DNA of 64,000 nucleotides, taken from contig DATIFE010000207.1 in assembly GCA_035455425.1 (NCBI GenBank), forward strand, positions 5,637 to 69,636. Direction: 5' to 3'. The notes below the pieces were generated by a model, which was not told where the DNA came from, did not search any database, and worked only from the letters and a program-made list of their open reading frames with translations. Source of the stretch: Anaeromyxobacteraceae bacterium. Its GTDB lineage: Bacteria > Myxococcota > Myxococcia > Myxococcales > Anaeromyxobacteraceae. Each line of letters opens with the position of its first letter. Position 1 is the first letter of the stretch. Position numbers and translations under genes: made by a program. Positions 8,430-17,730 of this stretch are shown one piece after another.

Positions 8430-11120
8430 ATGGGCGATCCCGGCGGCCCGGCGAAGCGCAGGACCCCCGTCCCCGGCACGCCGGAGGCGGTCGCCGGCGA
8501 GGCCCGCTGGAGGCGGCTGAGCCCCCTGCTGGACGAGGTCCTCGACCTCGGCCCCGAGGCGCGCGCCCGGCGCCTGGCCGAGCTGGCGCGCGAGGACCCC
8601 TCCCTGGGCGCCGAGCTGTCCGATCTCCTGGCGCGGCAGGAGGCCGTGGACCGCAGCGCCTTCCTCGAGGGCCAGGTGCTCGGAGCGGCCGCGACCCTGG
8701 CCGGCCGCACCGTGGGGGCCTACACCATCGAGCGAAGCCTGGGCCAGGGCGGGATGGGCTCGGTCTGGCTGGCCCGCCGCAGCGACGGCCGCTTCGAGGG
8801 CCTGGCGGCGGTCAAGCTCCTGAACCTGGCCCTGCTGGGCCGCGCCGGTGCCGAGCGCTTCCGCCACGAGGGCAGCATCCTGGCGCGGCTGTCGCACCAG
8901 AACATCGCCCGCCTCGTCGACGCGGGCGTGGTCGAGGGGCAGCCCTACCTGATCCTGGAGTACGTGGAGGGCGAGCACATCGACCGCTGGTGCGACGCAC
9001 GCGGCCTGGAAGTCGCGGCGCGCCTCAGGCTCTTCCTGGGCGTGCTCGAGGCCGTGGCGCACGCCCACGCCAACCTGATCCTCCACCGCGACCTCAAGCC
9101 CTCCAACATCCTGGTGACCGCCGACGGCCGGGTGAAGCTGCTGGACTTCGGCATCGCCAAGCTGCTCGACGACCCCGTCTCGGCGGCGGGCTCGAGCGAG
9201 CTCACGGAGGCGGCGGGGCGCCCCCTGACGCCGGAGTTCGCCTCGCCCGAGCAGCTGCGGGGCGAGCCGCTGACGGTGGCCAGCGACGTGTACTCGCTGG
9301 GCGTCGTCCTCCACCGGCTGCTCACGGGGGCGCCGCCCCAGGGGCGCCCCGCCGAGGCGGGCGATCCCCTGCCGGCCAGCACCGCGGCGGCCGACCGCGA
9401 GCTCGGACGCCGCCTCCGCGGCGACCTCGACGCCATCCTGGGGAAGGCGCTCAAGGCCTCCGCCGACGAGCGGTACCCGGCGGTCACGGCCATGGCGGAG
9501 GACATCCGCCGGCATCTCGACGGCCGCCCCATCCTGGCCCGGCCCGACAGCACCTGGTACCGGGCCCGCAAGTTCGTGCTCCGCAACCGGTGGAAGGTCG
9601 CGGCCACGTCCGCCGCGCTCCTCCTGGTGCTCGGCGCCGGCGGGCTGGCGCTGTGGCAGGGGCGGGTGGCGGCGCGCGAGCGCGATCGGGCCCTGGTGCA
9701 GCTCGAGCGCGCCCAGGCCGCCCAGGCCTTCGTCGAGACCATGATCAGCGAGGCCGCTCCCGCGGGCGAGAAGCTCACGCTGGAGGAGCTGCTGGATCGG
9801 AGCGAGCGGCTGGCGTTCGCCGCGCTCCGCAACCGGCCGGAGCAGCAGGCGGTGATCCTGAACACGCTCGGCAGCTACTACCTCTCGCTCGGGAACCACG
9901 ACAAGGCCGAGGCGCTCCTGCGCCGCGCCCAGGAGGTGATCCGCCACTCCTCCGACGCCTCGCTGTGCGCCGACGTCGAATGCAACCACGCCCTGGCCGT
10001 CGCCGGGAGCGGCCGGGCCCGGGCCGGCGAGGTGGAGGCCGCCAGGCGCGCCATCGACGCTCAGCTGTCCCGGGCCGACGTCGAGCCGGAGACGGCCATC
10101 CAGTGCGAGAGGTACCTCTCCGAGATCGGCTACATGAACGACGACGCCGCCGGCGCCCTGCAGCACGCGCTCCGGGCCAAGGCGCTCCTCCGCGACGTCC
10201 GGCGGCCGACGCCCGGGCTCGAGGCGGGAGTCCACGCGGAGCTCGGCTACGCCTACTACCTCGCCGGGCGGAACGACGAGGCCGATCGGGAGTACGGGGA
10301 GTCGCTGCGGCAGTTCCGCGAGCAGGGCCGGGAGGACGCCCCGGGGGCCATCGCGGTCCTGAACAACTGGGGCCTCGCCAGCTTCGGGGCCGGCGACGTC
10401 AAGCGGGCGCTGCAGCTGGTGGAGGAGGACCTGCGGCTCGCCGCCCGGCGAGGGACCACGCCTCCGCCCTACGCGGTGAACAACCACGCGTCGGCGCTGC
10501 TGGTGCTGGGGCGGAGCCGGGAGGCGCTGGAGGAGGCGGATCGGGCCGTCCGCGTGGCCCGGGAGGCGCGCGAGACGCCCTTCGTCGTCGCCGCCCTCAC
10601 CACCCGGGCGGGGGCGCTGGCCGAGCTCGGCCGGCTGGACGCTGCCGAGCGCGCGCTCGAGGAGGCGGCGCCCCTGGGCGCCGGCCTTCCCCCGGAGGGC
10701 TTCGCCGCCGCTGCCGTCGCCTACCGGCGGGCGCAGGTCGCCCTGCTCCGCGGCCAGCCCCGGCGCGCCCTGGCCGCGCTCCAGCCCACCGCCGCGCTGC
10801 TGGAGCGCCGCGGGCTGCGCAACGCGACGCTGGGGAGGCTCCTGCGCGCCCGGGCGGGGATCCAGGAGAAGCTGGGGGACCGGGATTCCGCCGAGCGCGA
10901 CGCCCGCGAGGCCCTGGCGATCTCCGAGCAGCTCCAGGGAGGGAAGCCGCACTCCCTGTACACCGGCCAGAGCTGGCTGCTGCTGGCGAGGCTGCGGCTC
11001 GACCGCGGCGACGCCGAGGGCGCCAGGGCGGCCGCGCGGAGCGCCCTGGAGCACCTGTCCGACATGCTCGGCGAGGAGCACCCCGACACCCGGGCGGCGC
11101 GGGAGCTGGCGGGCCCCTGA
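8430..11120 (+). CDS. serine/threonine protein kinase with one TM segment and a C-terminal TPR-like sensor region
   Basis: 896 aa. The Hanks kinase motifs are GQGGMGSVWLA, AVKLL, HRDLKPSNIL, DFGIAK and SPEQLRG. A TM helix (WKVAATSAALLLVLGAGGLALW) is followed by about 500 aa of TPR-like repeats. The N-terminal 90 aa (RWRRLSPLLDEVLDL...) are typical of ECF-associated kinases. Confidence 0.9.
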   Translation: MGDPGGPAKRRTPVPGTPEAVAGEARWRRLSPLLDEVLDLGPEARARRLAELAREDPSLGAELSDLLARQEAVDRSAFLEGQVLGAAATLAGRTVGAYTIERSLGQGGMGSVWLARRSDGRFEGLAAVKLLNLALLGRAGAERFRHEGSILARLSHQNIARLVDAGVVEGQPYLILEYVEGEHIDRWCDARGLEVAARLRLFLGVLEAVAHAHANLILHRDLKPSNILVTADGRVKLLDFGIAKLLDDPVSAAGSSELTEAAGRPLTPEFASPEQLRGEPLTVASDVYSLGVVLHRLLTGAPPQGRPAEAGDPLPASTAAADRELGRRLRGDLDAILGKALKASADERYPAVTAMAEDIRRHLDGRPILARPDSTWYRARKFVLRNRWKVAATSAALLLVLGAGGLALWQGRVAARERDRALVQLERAQAAQAFVETMISEAAPAGEKLTLEELLDRSERLAFAALRNRPEQQAVILNTLGSYYLSLGNHDKAEALLRRAQEVIRHSSDASLCADVECNHALAVAGSGRARAGEVEAARRAIDAQLSRADVEPETAIQCERYLSEIGYMNDDAAGALQHALRAKALLRDVRRPTPGLEAGVHAELGYAYYLAGRNDEADREYGESLRQFREQGREDAPGAIAVLNNWGLASFGAGDVKRALQLVEEDLRLAARRGTTPPPYAVNNHASALLVLGRSREALEEADRAVRVAREARETPFVVAALTTRAGALAELGRLDAAERALEEAAPLGAGLPPEGFAAAAVAYRRAQVALLRGQPRRALAALQPTAALLERRGLRNATLGRLLRARAGIQEKLGDRDSAERDAREALAISEQLQGGKPHSLYTGQSWLLLARLRLDRGDAEGARAAARSALEHLSDMLGEEHPDTRAARELAGP

Positions 11121-11129
11121 CGTCGTCCC

Positions 11130-11705
11130 TCAGCCCACCAGGAACCGGTGGAGGTACAGCCGCGCCTTGTTCCAGTCGCGCTGCGCGGTCCGCTCCGAGA
11201 CGCCGCGCATGGCCGCGATCTCGCCCAGCGAGAAGCCGCAGAAGAACTTGAGGTCGACGAGCTCTGCCAGCCGGGGCTCGCTCGCCGCCAGCGCGTCGAG
11301 CGCGTCGCTCAGTCCCGACAGGTCCTCCGCCGGGCGCTCCCCGGCTGCCTCGGTGTCGAGGGCGGTGAGGTGGAAGGCGCCGCCGCGCTTCAGGGCCCGG
11401 CGCGCCCGCACGTGGTCGAGGATCAGGCCCCGCATGGCGCGGGCGGCGTAGGCGAAGAAGCGCGCCCGGTCGGGAAAGGTGGCGTCCCCCGAGGCCAGGC
11501 CCAGGTAGGCCTCGTGGAGCAGGGTGGTGGCACCCAGGGTGACGCCGCTCGAACGGAGCTGGGCCTGCGCCAGGCGGTGGAGCTCCGCGTAGAGCGTGGC
11601 GAAGAGCTCCGCCGGGGCGCTCCCCTGGAGCCGCTCCGCCTCGCGGATCAGGCCGCCGATCCTGGCCCCGGCGCCCGCGTGGGGCCCGGGCTCGCCGCTG
11701 CCCAT
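11130..11705 (-). CDS. ECF-type RNA polymerase sigma factor (kinase-associated Sigma70_ECF / TIGR02999-like)
   Basis: ATG 11705 within ORF 11130..12314 gives 191 aa. Motifs include LLHEAYLGL, RARFFAYAARAMRGLILDHVRARRALKRGG and a region-4 HTH (FSLGEIAAMRGVSERTAQRDWNKARLYL). Confidence 0.85.
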   Translation of the reverse strand: MGSGEPGPHAGAGARIGGLIREAERLQGSAPAELFATLYAELHRLAQAQLRSSGVTLGATTLLHEAYLGLASGDATFPDRARFFAYAARAMRGLILDHVRARRALKRGGAFHLTALDTEAAGERPAEDLSGLSDALDALAASEPRLAELVDLKFFCGFSLGEIAAMRGVSERTAQRDWNKARLYLHRFLVG

Positions 11706-11928
11706 GGAGCAGGCCTCCCCGGCGCTGGCTCCTCGCCGGTATAGCCGCCCGTGACGGCGGGTGCAGGGGAGCGGCCGCGGGCGTGCGCCACGTACCCGGC
11801 CGGGTTCCCGGTCCGCGGGGACCGCCCCCCAAGCGGACCGCATCACACCTGTCGGGTTCGGATCCCGGTCTCCGATGGGAGGGGAAGAGGGCCGGGCACT
11901 ACCGCCCGCACAGAACCCGAGGGAAGAC

Positions 11929-13338
11929 ATGCCAGGTGCCACGAGCAGGGTCGCGCTCACCGCCGCCGCCGCACTGATGGCCGTCGCCTGCGATCCGACG
12001 ACGCCCGTCGCCCCGGCCGCCTCGTCCGCCGTCGAGGCAGCCCGATCCAGCAGCGTCTTCAGGGCCTCGAACGACTCCGGCGCCGCCGAGACCATCAACG
12101 CCTCCGGCGGGCCGGTGGTCGACCCGGGCAACCCGTTCTTCCAGTCGCTCGGAACCAACGGCCGGTCCTGCGCCACCTGCCACGACGCGCGCGACAACAT
12201 GACCATCACGCCGCGGCGCGTCCAGGCGCGCTTCGCCGCCACCGGCGGGAGGGATCCCATCTTCCGCACCGTGGACGGGTCGAACTCCCCGCTGGCCGAC
12301 GTCTCGACGGTCATCGCCAGGCGGGCCGCCTACAGCATGCTGCTCACCAAGGGGCTCATCCGCGTCGGCATCGGGATCCCCGACGGCGCCGAGTTCGAGC
12401 TGGTCGGGGTCCAGGACCCGTACGGCTACGCCAGCGCCGCCGAGCTGTCGCTCTTCCGCCGACCCCTGCCCTCCTCGAACCTCCGGTTCCTCTCCACCGT
12501 GATGTGGGATGGACGGGAGACGTTCAAGGACGCGGGCCAGCCGACCGGCTTCGCGCCGCTGGGCTTCGACCTGGCCGACCAGGCGAACGCCGCCACCCTG
12601 GGCCACGCGCAGGGCGCCGTGGCGCTGACCGACGCCCAGCGGCAGGCCATCGTCGACTTCGAGATGCAGCTCTTCACGGCGCAGGTGGAAGACGACGCCG
12701 CCGGCGACCTGGACGAGGGCGGCGCCACCGGCGGGCCGCGCTTCCTCTCGGGGCAGCCGTTCGCCTTCGGGATGAACGACCCGCTCGACGGCGGCCCGTT
12801 CGACCCGGTGGTGATGACCGAGTTCGCGGCCTGGAGCGGCTCGCCCCGGAGCGGGCGGGCCTCGGTGGCGCGGGGCCAGGACATCTTCAACAACCGGCCC
12901 CTGTCCATCACCGGCGTCTCGGGGCTGAACGACGACCTCGGCGTGGCCTCGATCCAGGGCACCTGCACCACCTGTCACGACACGCCCCACGCCGGCGATC
13001 ACTCGGTCCCGGCGCCGCTGCGCATCGGCGTCGACCTGCCGGCTCCGGGGGGAGGCCTCGACACCTCGGGGATGCCGGTCTACACGCTGCGCAACAAGGC
13101 GACCGGCGAGGTCCAGGTCACGACCGACCCCGGGCGCGCCCTCATCACCGGCAAATGGAAGGACGTCGGGCGCTTCAAGGGACCCGTCCTCCGCGGCCTG
13201 GCCGGCCGGGCCCCGTACTTCCACAACGGCTCCGCGCCCGACCTCGAGACGGTGGTGGGCTTCTACGACGTGCGGTTCGGGCTCGGCCTCACCGACCAGG
13301 ACAAGGCGGACCTGGTGGCCTTCCTGCGGTCGCTCTGA
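11929..13338 (+). CDS. di-haem cytochrome c peroxidase-like lipoprotein
   Basis: ATG 11929 (GAGGGA upstream) within ORF 11761..13338. It has a lipobox-like ALMAVAC and two CXXCH motifs (CATCH, CTTCH). The C-terminal FKGPVLRGLAGRAPYFHNGSAPDLETVVGFY is typical of CCP/MauG-type enzymes. Confidence 0.7.
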   Translation: MPGATSRVALTAAAALMAVACDPTTPVAPAASSAVEAARSSSVFRASNDSGAAETINASGGPVVDPGNPFFQSLGTNGRSCATCHDARDNMTITPRRVQARFAATGGRDPIFRTVDGSNSPLADVSTVIARRAAYSMLLTKGLIRVGIGIPDGAEFELVGVQDPYGYASAAELSLFRRPLPSSNLRFLSTVMWDGRETFKDAGQPTGFAPLGFDLADQANAATLGHAQGAVALTDAQRQAIVDFEMQLFTAQVEDDAAGDLDEGGATGGPRFLSGQPFAFGMNDPLDGGPFDPVVMTEFAAWSGSPRSGRASVARGQDIFNNRPLSITGVSGLNDDLGVASIQGTCTTCHDTPHAGDHSVPAPLRIGVDLPAPGGGLDTSGMPVYTLRNKATGEVQVTTDPGRALITGKWKDVGRFKGPVLRGLAGRAPYFHNGSAPDLETVVGFYDVRFGLGLTDQDKADLVAFLRSL

Positions 13339-13339
13339 C

Positions 13340-13356
13340 GGCCCGGCGGCCGGGCC
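13340..13356. terminator. GC-rich hairpin between convergent genes (possible bidirectional terminator)
   Basis: GGCCCGG-CGG-CCGGGCC forms a perfect 7-bp stem two nt after the 13338 stop and 12 nt before the 13368 stop on the other strand. There is no U-tract. Confidence 0.35.
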
Positions 13357-13367
13357 CAGCGCGCCGG

Positions 13368-13769
13368 CTACCGCGGGGTCATGGTGCGGCGCTTCCCGGC
13401 GAGCTCGCGCTGGAGCGCCTGCGCCTCCTCGCGGCGGCCGGCGCAATCGGCGCACTCGAGCGCGAAGGGGAGCGCCTCGAGGCGGCCAGGCTCGATCTCC
13501 TCGCCGCAGTCCCGGCAGACGCCGTACTCGCCGGCCTCGAGCCGCCGCAGGGCGGCGTCGATCTGGGCGACCTCGCTCCGCTCCACCTCGCCCAGCCGCG
13601 AGAGGTCGTACTGCAGCTGCTCGCTCTGGGACGCCTCCTCGATCTCCGCGTCGCGCTCCGCCCTCCGCAGCTGGTCGATCCCGGCCGCGGTCCGGCGGCC
13701 CGCGATCAGGATGGCCTGGCGGCGGCCCAGGAGACGCAGCTTGAGGGCCTCGAGCTCGCTGGCGCGCAT
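13368..13769 (-). CDS. DksA/TraR family C4-type zinc-finger protein
   Basis: ATG 13769 (GGGAGG upstream) gives MRASELEALKLRLL..., a coiled-coil region plus the CRDCGEEIEPGRLEALPFALECADC four-Cys zinc finger. Confidence 0.8.
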   Translation of the reverse strand: MRASELEALKLRLLGRRQAILIAGRRTAAGIDQLRRAERDAEIEEASQSEQLQYDLSRLGEVERSEVAQIDAALRRLEAGEYGVCRDCGEEIEPGRLEALPFALECADCAGRREEAQALQRELAGKRRTMTPR

Positions 13770-13844
13770 GGCGCACCTCCCGTCTCGCCCTCGAGCATCT
13801 GCCCGTCGGGCCCGGGATGCCTGCGGCAATCGGCCGCCGGCCGC

Positions 13845-14915
13845 CTAGCCCACCCGGACGTGCTTGCGGATCCACTGCGAGAAGGCGCGCCCGTCGTAGT
13901 AGTGGCCCATGGTGTAGAAGCAGGTGGACGAGCACTGGGGGAGGCACCTCTCCTTGACCGCGCGCAGCCGCTCGCCGTCGAAGCGCGGCTCCCCGATGCG
14001 GCCCCAGTCGCCGTCGTAGGTGATGAGGTCGAAGCAGGGCGACAGCGTGCCGTCGGGCCGGATGAGGGCGCCGTTGTGGCCGGCGCGGCAGTCCCACGGC
14101 TGCATCCGTCCCCGCATCCGGTCCTTGAAGGCCTCGAGGTGCTTGATGGAGTTGACCATGGGCCAGCCCGCCCGCTGCCGGGCGATGAGCCAGTCCAGCA
14201 GCGCGTCCACCTCGTCGTGCTGGTCGGGGGTGATGTGCACCCCGTCCTTCCGGTGGCCGTAGTGGTCCAGGCCCACGAACCCCTGGGGGGGCTCGTTGAG
14301 GTGGTAGTCGGTCGCGATCCGGTGCTGGTGTGCGATCTCGGTCAGCAGCTTCACGTCCCGGATGTTGGTGCGGCAGATGTTGATGTTGAAGAAGACCAGG
14401 TACCCGTACCTCGACTGCCGCTCGACGAGATGGCGGAACTGCGGCTCGACGGCGAGCAGCGCCTTGGGCAGGCCGCGGCGGGGCGCGACGCAGTCCACCG
14501 CCAGGTTGATGGCCGCCACCCCGGCGCGGCCGACCTCGTCGATGAAGGCCTCGTCGAGGAGGTACCCGTTGGTCGGCAGGTAGACGAAGAAGCCGTGGCG
14601 CGCGCCGTAGCGCACGATCTCCAGGATCAGGTCCTTTCGCAGGAGAGGCTCGCCCCCCATGATGGCCAGCACCCGGCACCCCACCGACTTCAGCCAGTCG
14701 ATGGCGGCCTTGGCCGTGGGGAGGTCCATGCCCGGCCGGCGGTTGTCGAACTGGAAGCAGTAGTGGCAGTCGATGTTGCACTGCCACTCGGTGAACAGGT
14801 AGCAGAGCACCGGCCGGAACTCGTCCGCGCGGATGCGGGAGTTGATGTAGGGGATCGCCCAGCAACGCAGGGCGCGGACCCCGTTCCGGCCCTTGTAGGA
14901 GATGGCTTCGAGCAC
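13845..14915 (-). CDS. radical SAM protein with a Cys-rich (SPASM/twitch-like) C-terminal region
   Basis: GTG 14915 (GGAGG 7 nt upstream) within ORF 13845..15131 gives 356 aa. The CX3CX2C cluster is CNIDCHYC, and GGEPLL is present. C-terminal cysteines are WDCRAGHNG...SPCFD...CLPQCSSTCFY. Confidence 0.8.
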   Translation of the reverse strand: MLEAISYKGRNGVRALRCWAIPYINSRIRADEFRPVLCYLFTEWQCNIDCHYCFQFDNRRPGMDLPTAKAAIDWLKSVGCRVLAIMGGEPLLRKDLILEIVRYGARHGFFVYLPTNGYLLDEAFIDEVGRAGVAAINLAVDCVAPRRGLPKALLAVEPQFRHLVERQSRYGYLVFFNINICRTNIRDVKLLTEIAHQHRIATDYHLNEPPQGFVGLDHYGHRKDGVHITPDQHDEVDALLDWLIARQRAGWPMVNSIKHLEAFKDRMRGRMQPWDCRAGHNGALIRPDGTLSPCFDLITYDGDWGRIGEPRFDGERLRAVKERCLPQCSSTCFYTMGHYYDGRAFSQWIRKHVRVG

Positions 14916-15033
14916 GGCTGAACCTCCGTGGGGAGCGATTCTGGGGGAGGCACCGGAGGCGGTCGCACCCGAAACGCGACTGCGACAACGTGCCGCGGCC
15001 GCGCGCCCGTGGCGGTGCGCTCCATGTCCCGGC

Positions 15034-15846
15034 ATGCGCGATGTGGAATGCGTTGCCCTGCTGCAATGGGCGCTTCCCCGGCTGGGGCTGCGCTGGGAAG
15101 GGTTCCGCAAGGTGCGCCGCCAGGTCTGCAAGCGGATCGCGCGGCGGATGCAGTCGCTCGCGATCGGGAGCGCCTCGGGCTATCGCGACCGCCTCGGGTC
15201 GGACGCAGGGGAATGGGAGGTGTTCGATGGGATGTGCCGCGTCACCATCTCGCGATTCCTGCGCGATCGCGCGGTGTGGAAGCATCTGCAGGAGAGGGTG
15301 CTGCCCGAGGTGGCTCGCCTCGCCACGCTCCGCGGAGGGCCGGAGCTCCGCTGCTGGAGCGCCGGGTGCGCCTCGGGCGAGGAGCCCTACGGGATCGCGC
15401 TGCTCTTCCGGCTGGCGGTGGCGCCGGCCTTCCCGGGGCTGCGCCTCCGCCTGGTGGCGACCGACGCGGACGAGGCGATCCTCGAGCGCGCGCGCCGCGC
15501 CTGCTACCCGCCGCGCGCGGCCCGCTCGCTTCCGGCGGAGTGGCTCGCGCGCGCCTTCGAGACGCGCGATGGGGAGCTCTGCCTGCGCCCGGAGTTCCGC
15601 GAGCCGGTGGAGCTTCGACGCGAGGACCTCCGCCGCGCCATGCCGGAGGGCCCCTTCCACCTGGTGCTCTGCCGCAACCTGGCCTTCACCTACTTCGACG
15701 GCCCCCTGCAGCGGCGCGTCCTCGAGGGCATCGCGGTCCGGCTCGAGCCCGGAGGGTTCCTGGTCGTCGGGGCGCACGAGTCGCTGCCCGCAGGCAGCGC
15801 CCTCGCCCCGGCCGCCGGCCGCCTTCCCGTCTACTGCCGGCGCTAG
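15034..15846 (+). CDS. CheR-type protein-glutamate O-methyltransferase (orphan)
   Basis: ATG 15034 within ORF 14902..15846. It has the CheR N-terminal helical region (LLQWALPRLGLRWEGFRKVRRQVCKRI), TISRFLRD and the SAM site LRCWSAGCASGEEPYGIALL, plus LVLCRNLAFTYF. Confidence 0.85.
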   Translation: MRDVECVALLQWALPRLGLRWEGFRKVRRQVCKRIARRMQSLAIGSASGYRDRLGSDAGEWEVFDGMCRVTISRFLRDRAVWKHLQERVLPEVARLATLRGGPELRCWSAGCASGEEPYGIALLFRLAVAPAFPGLRLRLVATDADEAILERARRACYPPRAARSLPAEWLARAFETRDGELCLRPEFREPVELRREDLRRAMPEGPFHLVLCRNLAFTYFDGPLQRRVLEGIAVRLEPGGFLVVGAHESLPAGSALAPAAGRLPVYCRR

Positions 15847-15990
15847 GCGCCGGGGCCGGCGGGTACGCCGCGCCCGCGGCACGTTGTCGCTGCGCGGGCG
15901 CGGCCCCATCTTCGGCGCCGCGGGGGGCTACCGTGAGAGCACCCCCGTCCACCGCGCGCGTGACCCGCCGCGCAGGCCGGAGGTGGCGAC

Positions 15991-17700
15991 ATGGAGAGGT
16001 ACCGCCTCACGACGGATGCGGAGGGCCGGCCCGGCGTCGAGGTCCCCCACCGGGGCCCGGGCTCGCTCCGCCACCCGATGTTCAACAAGGGCGCCGCCTT
16101 CACGCACGAGGAGCGGGCCGACCTGGGCATCGAAGGGCTCCTGCCCGACGCGGTGAGCACCCTCGACCAGGAGCAGGCGCGCGCCTACCGGAACGTCATG
16201 CGGGCCGCGGACCCGCTGGGGCGCTACATCGCCCTCGCCGACCTCCAGGACCGCGACGAGATCCTCTTCTACCGGCTTCTCGTGGATCACATCGCGGAGC
16301 TGATGCCACTCGTGTACACGCCGACGGTGGGCCAGGCCTGCCAGGAGTACAGCCACGTCTTCCGCCGCCCCCGGGGTCTGTGGATCACGCCTCGCTTCCG
16401 CGGGCGCATCCGGGAGGTGCTCGGGAACGCGCCCTTCGACGACGTCCGGCTGATCGTCGTCACCGACAACGAGCGGATCCTGGGCCTGGGAGATCAGGGC
16501 GCGGGCGGGATGGGGATCCCCATCGGCAAGCTCGCCCTGTACACCGCCGCCGCTGGAATCCACCCGGCCCAGTGCCTGCCCGTGAGCCTGGACGTGGGCA
16601 CGGACAACCAGGCCCTGCTCGACGACGACCTGTACCTCGGCTGGCGCCACCGGCGCCTGCGGGGCGAGGAGTACGACGCGCTGGTGGACGAGTTCGTGGC
16701 CGCGGTGCGCTACCGGTTCCCCGGGGCCCTCCTCCAGTGGGAGGACTTCAAGAAGGGCAACGCGTTCCTGCTCCTCGACAGGTACCGGAAGGTCCTCACC
16801 TCCTTCAACGACGACATCCAGGGCAGCGCCGCGGTGGCCGTTGCCGGGATCCTGGCCAGCGGGCGCGCCACCGGGATCGCCCTCCGGGATCAGCGCACCG
16901 TGGTCCTGGGCGCGGGCGCGGCGGGGATCGGCATCTCGCGGCTCCTCCGCTCGGCCCTGAGGCGGGCAGGCCTCGCGGGCGAGGCGCTCACCGCGGCCAT
17001 CGCCGTCCTGGACAGCGGGGGCCTTCTCGTGGACGACCGGGAGATCGCCGAGCCGCACAAGCGGGACTTCGTCTGGCCGGCCGCCCTGGCCGAGCGGCAC
17101 GGCCTCGGCAGGGGAAGGCCGCGGGACCTGGAGTCGGTGGTGCGGGCCCTGAGGCCCACGGTGCTCGTCGGCGTCTCCGGCCAGCCGGGCCTGTTCACCG
17201 AGGCCGTCGTGCGCGGCCTGGCCGAGGGCGCGCCGAGGCCGGTGGTGCTGGCCATGTCGAACCCGACGAGCCGGGCGGAGGCCGTGCCCGCCGACGTCAT
17301 CCGGTGGACCGAGGGTCGCGCGCTCGTCGCCACCGGCAGCCCCTTCGAGCCGGTCTCGTTCGGGGAGCGCACCATCCGGATCGGCCAGAGCAACAACGCC
17401 TTCGTCTTCCCGGGGACGGGCCTCGGAATCCTGGTCTCCGGGGCCCGTGAGGTGACCGACGGGATGTTCGCGGCCGCCGCCGACCGCCTGGCGGCGGAGA
17501 TCCGGGACGCGGACCTGGCGGCGGGCAGCCTCTTCCCGCCCCCGTCGGATCTCCGCCGCGTCCAGGTCGCGATCGCCGAGGCGGTGGTGAAAGCGGCGCG
17601 CGAGGACGGGGTGGGAGCGCCGATCCCGGACGACGCCATCCCGGAGGCAGTGCGATCCCGGATGTGGGACCCCTGCTATCGAAGGGCGCTGCCCATGTAG
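15991..17700 (+). CDS. maeA: NAD(P)-dependent malic enzyme (oxaloacetate-decarboxylating malate dehydrogenase)
   Basis: 569 aa with NKGAAFTHEER, LMPLVYTPTVGQAC, VVTDNERILGLGDQG, GIPIGKLALYTAAAGI and GAGAAGIGI. This is a full-length large-type malic enzyme. Confidence 0.95.
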   Translation: MERYRLTTDAEGRPGVEVPHRGPGSLRHPMFNKGAAFTHEERADLGIEGLLPDAVSTLDQEQARAYRNVMRAADPLGRYIALADLQDRDEILFYRLLVDHIAELMPLVYTPTVGQACQEYSHVFRRPRGLWITPRFRGRIREVLGNAPFDDVRLIVVTDNERILGLGDQGAGGMGIPIGKLALYTAAAGIHPAQCLPVSLDVGTDNQALLDDDLYLGWRHRRLRGEEYDALVDEFVAAVRYRFPGALLQWEDFKKGNAFLLLDRYRKVLTSFNDDIQGSAAVAVAGILASGRATGIALRDQRTVVLGAGAAGIGISRLLRSALRRAGLAGEALTAAIAVLDSGGLLVDDREIAEPHKRDFVWPAALAERHGLGRGRPRDLESVVRALRPTVLVGVSGQPGLFTEAVVRGLAEGAPRPVVLAMSNPTSRAEAVPADVIRWTEGRALVATGSPFEPVSFGERTIRIGQSNNAFVFPGTGLGILVSGAREVTDGMFAAAADRLAAEIRDADLAAGSLFPPPSDLRRVQVAIAEAVVKAAREDGVGAPIPDDAIPEAVRSRMWDPCYRRALPM

Positions 17701-17730
17701 TGACGGCGCGAGGGCGCCCCGGAGGAAGCC

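Noticed and set aside
8310-11251. 923-aa minus-strand and 948-aa plus-strand ORFs overlapping the Ser/Thr kinase gene.
   Set aside because: Only the 8430..11120 frame contains Hanks kinase motifs and a sensible TM/TPR architecture. The others are Arg/Pro/Gly-rich shadow ORFs.
11899-15909. 1336-aa minus-strand ORF, and the 1056-aa plus-strand ORF 11751..14921.
   Set aside because: These are shadow frames spanning four real genes on both strands (di-haem lipoprotein, DksA/TraR, radical SAM, CheR). They show no coherent domain content.
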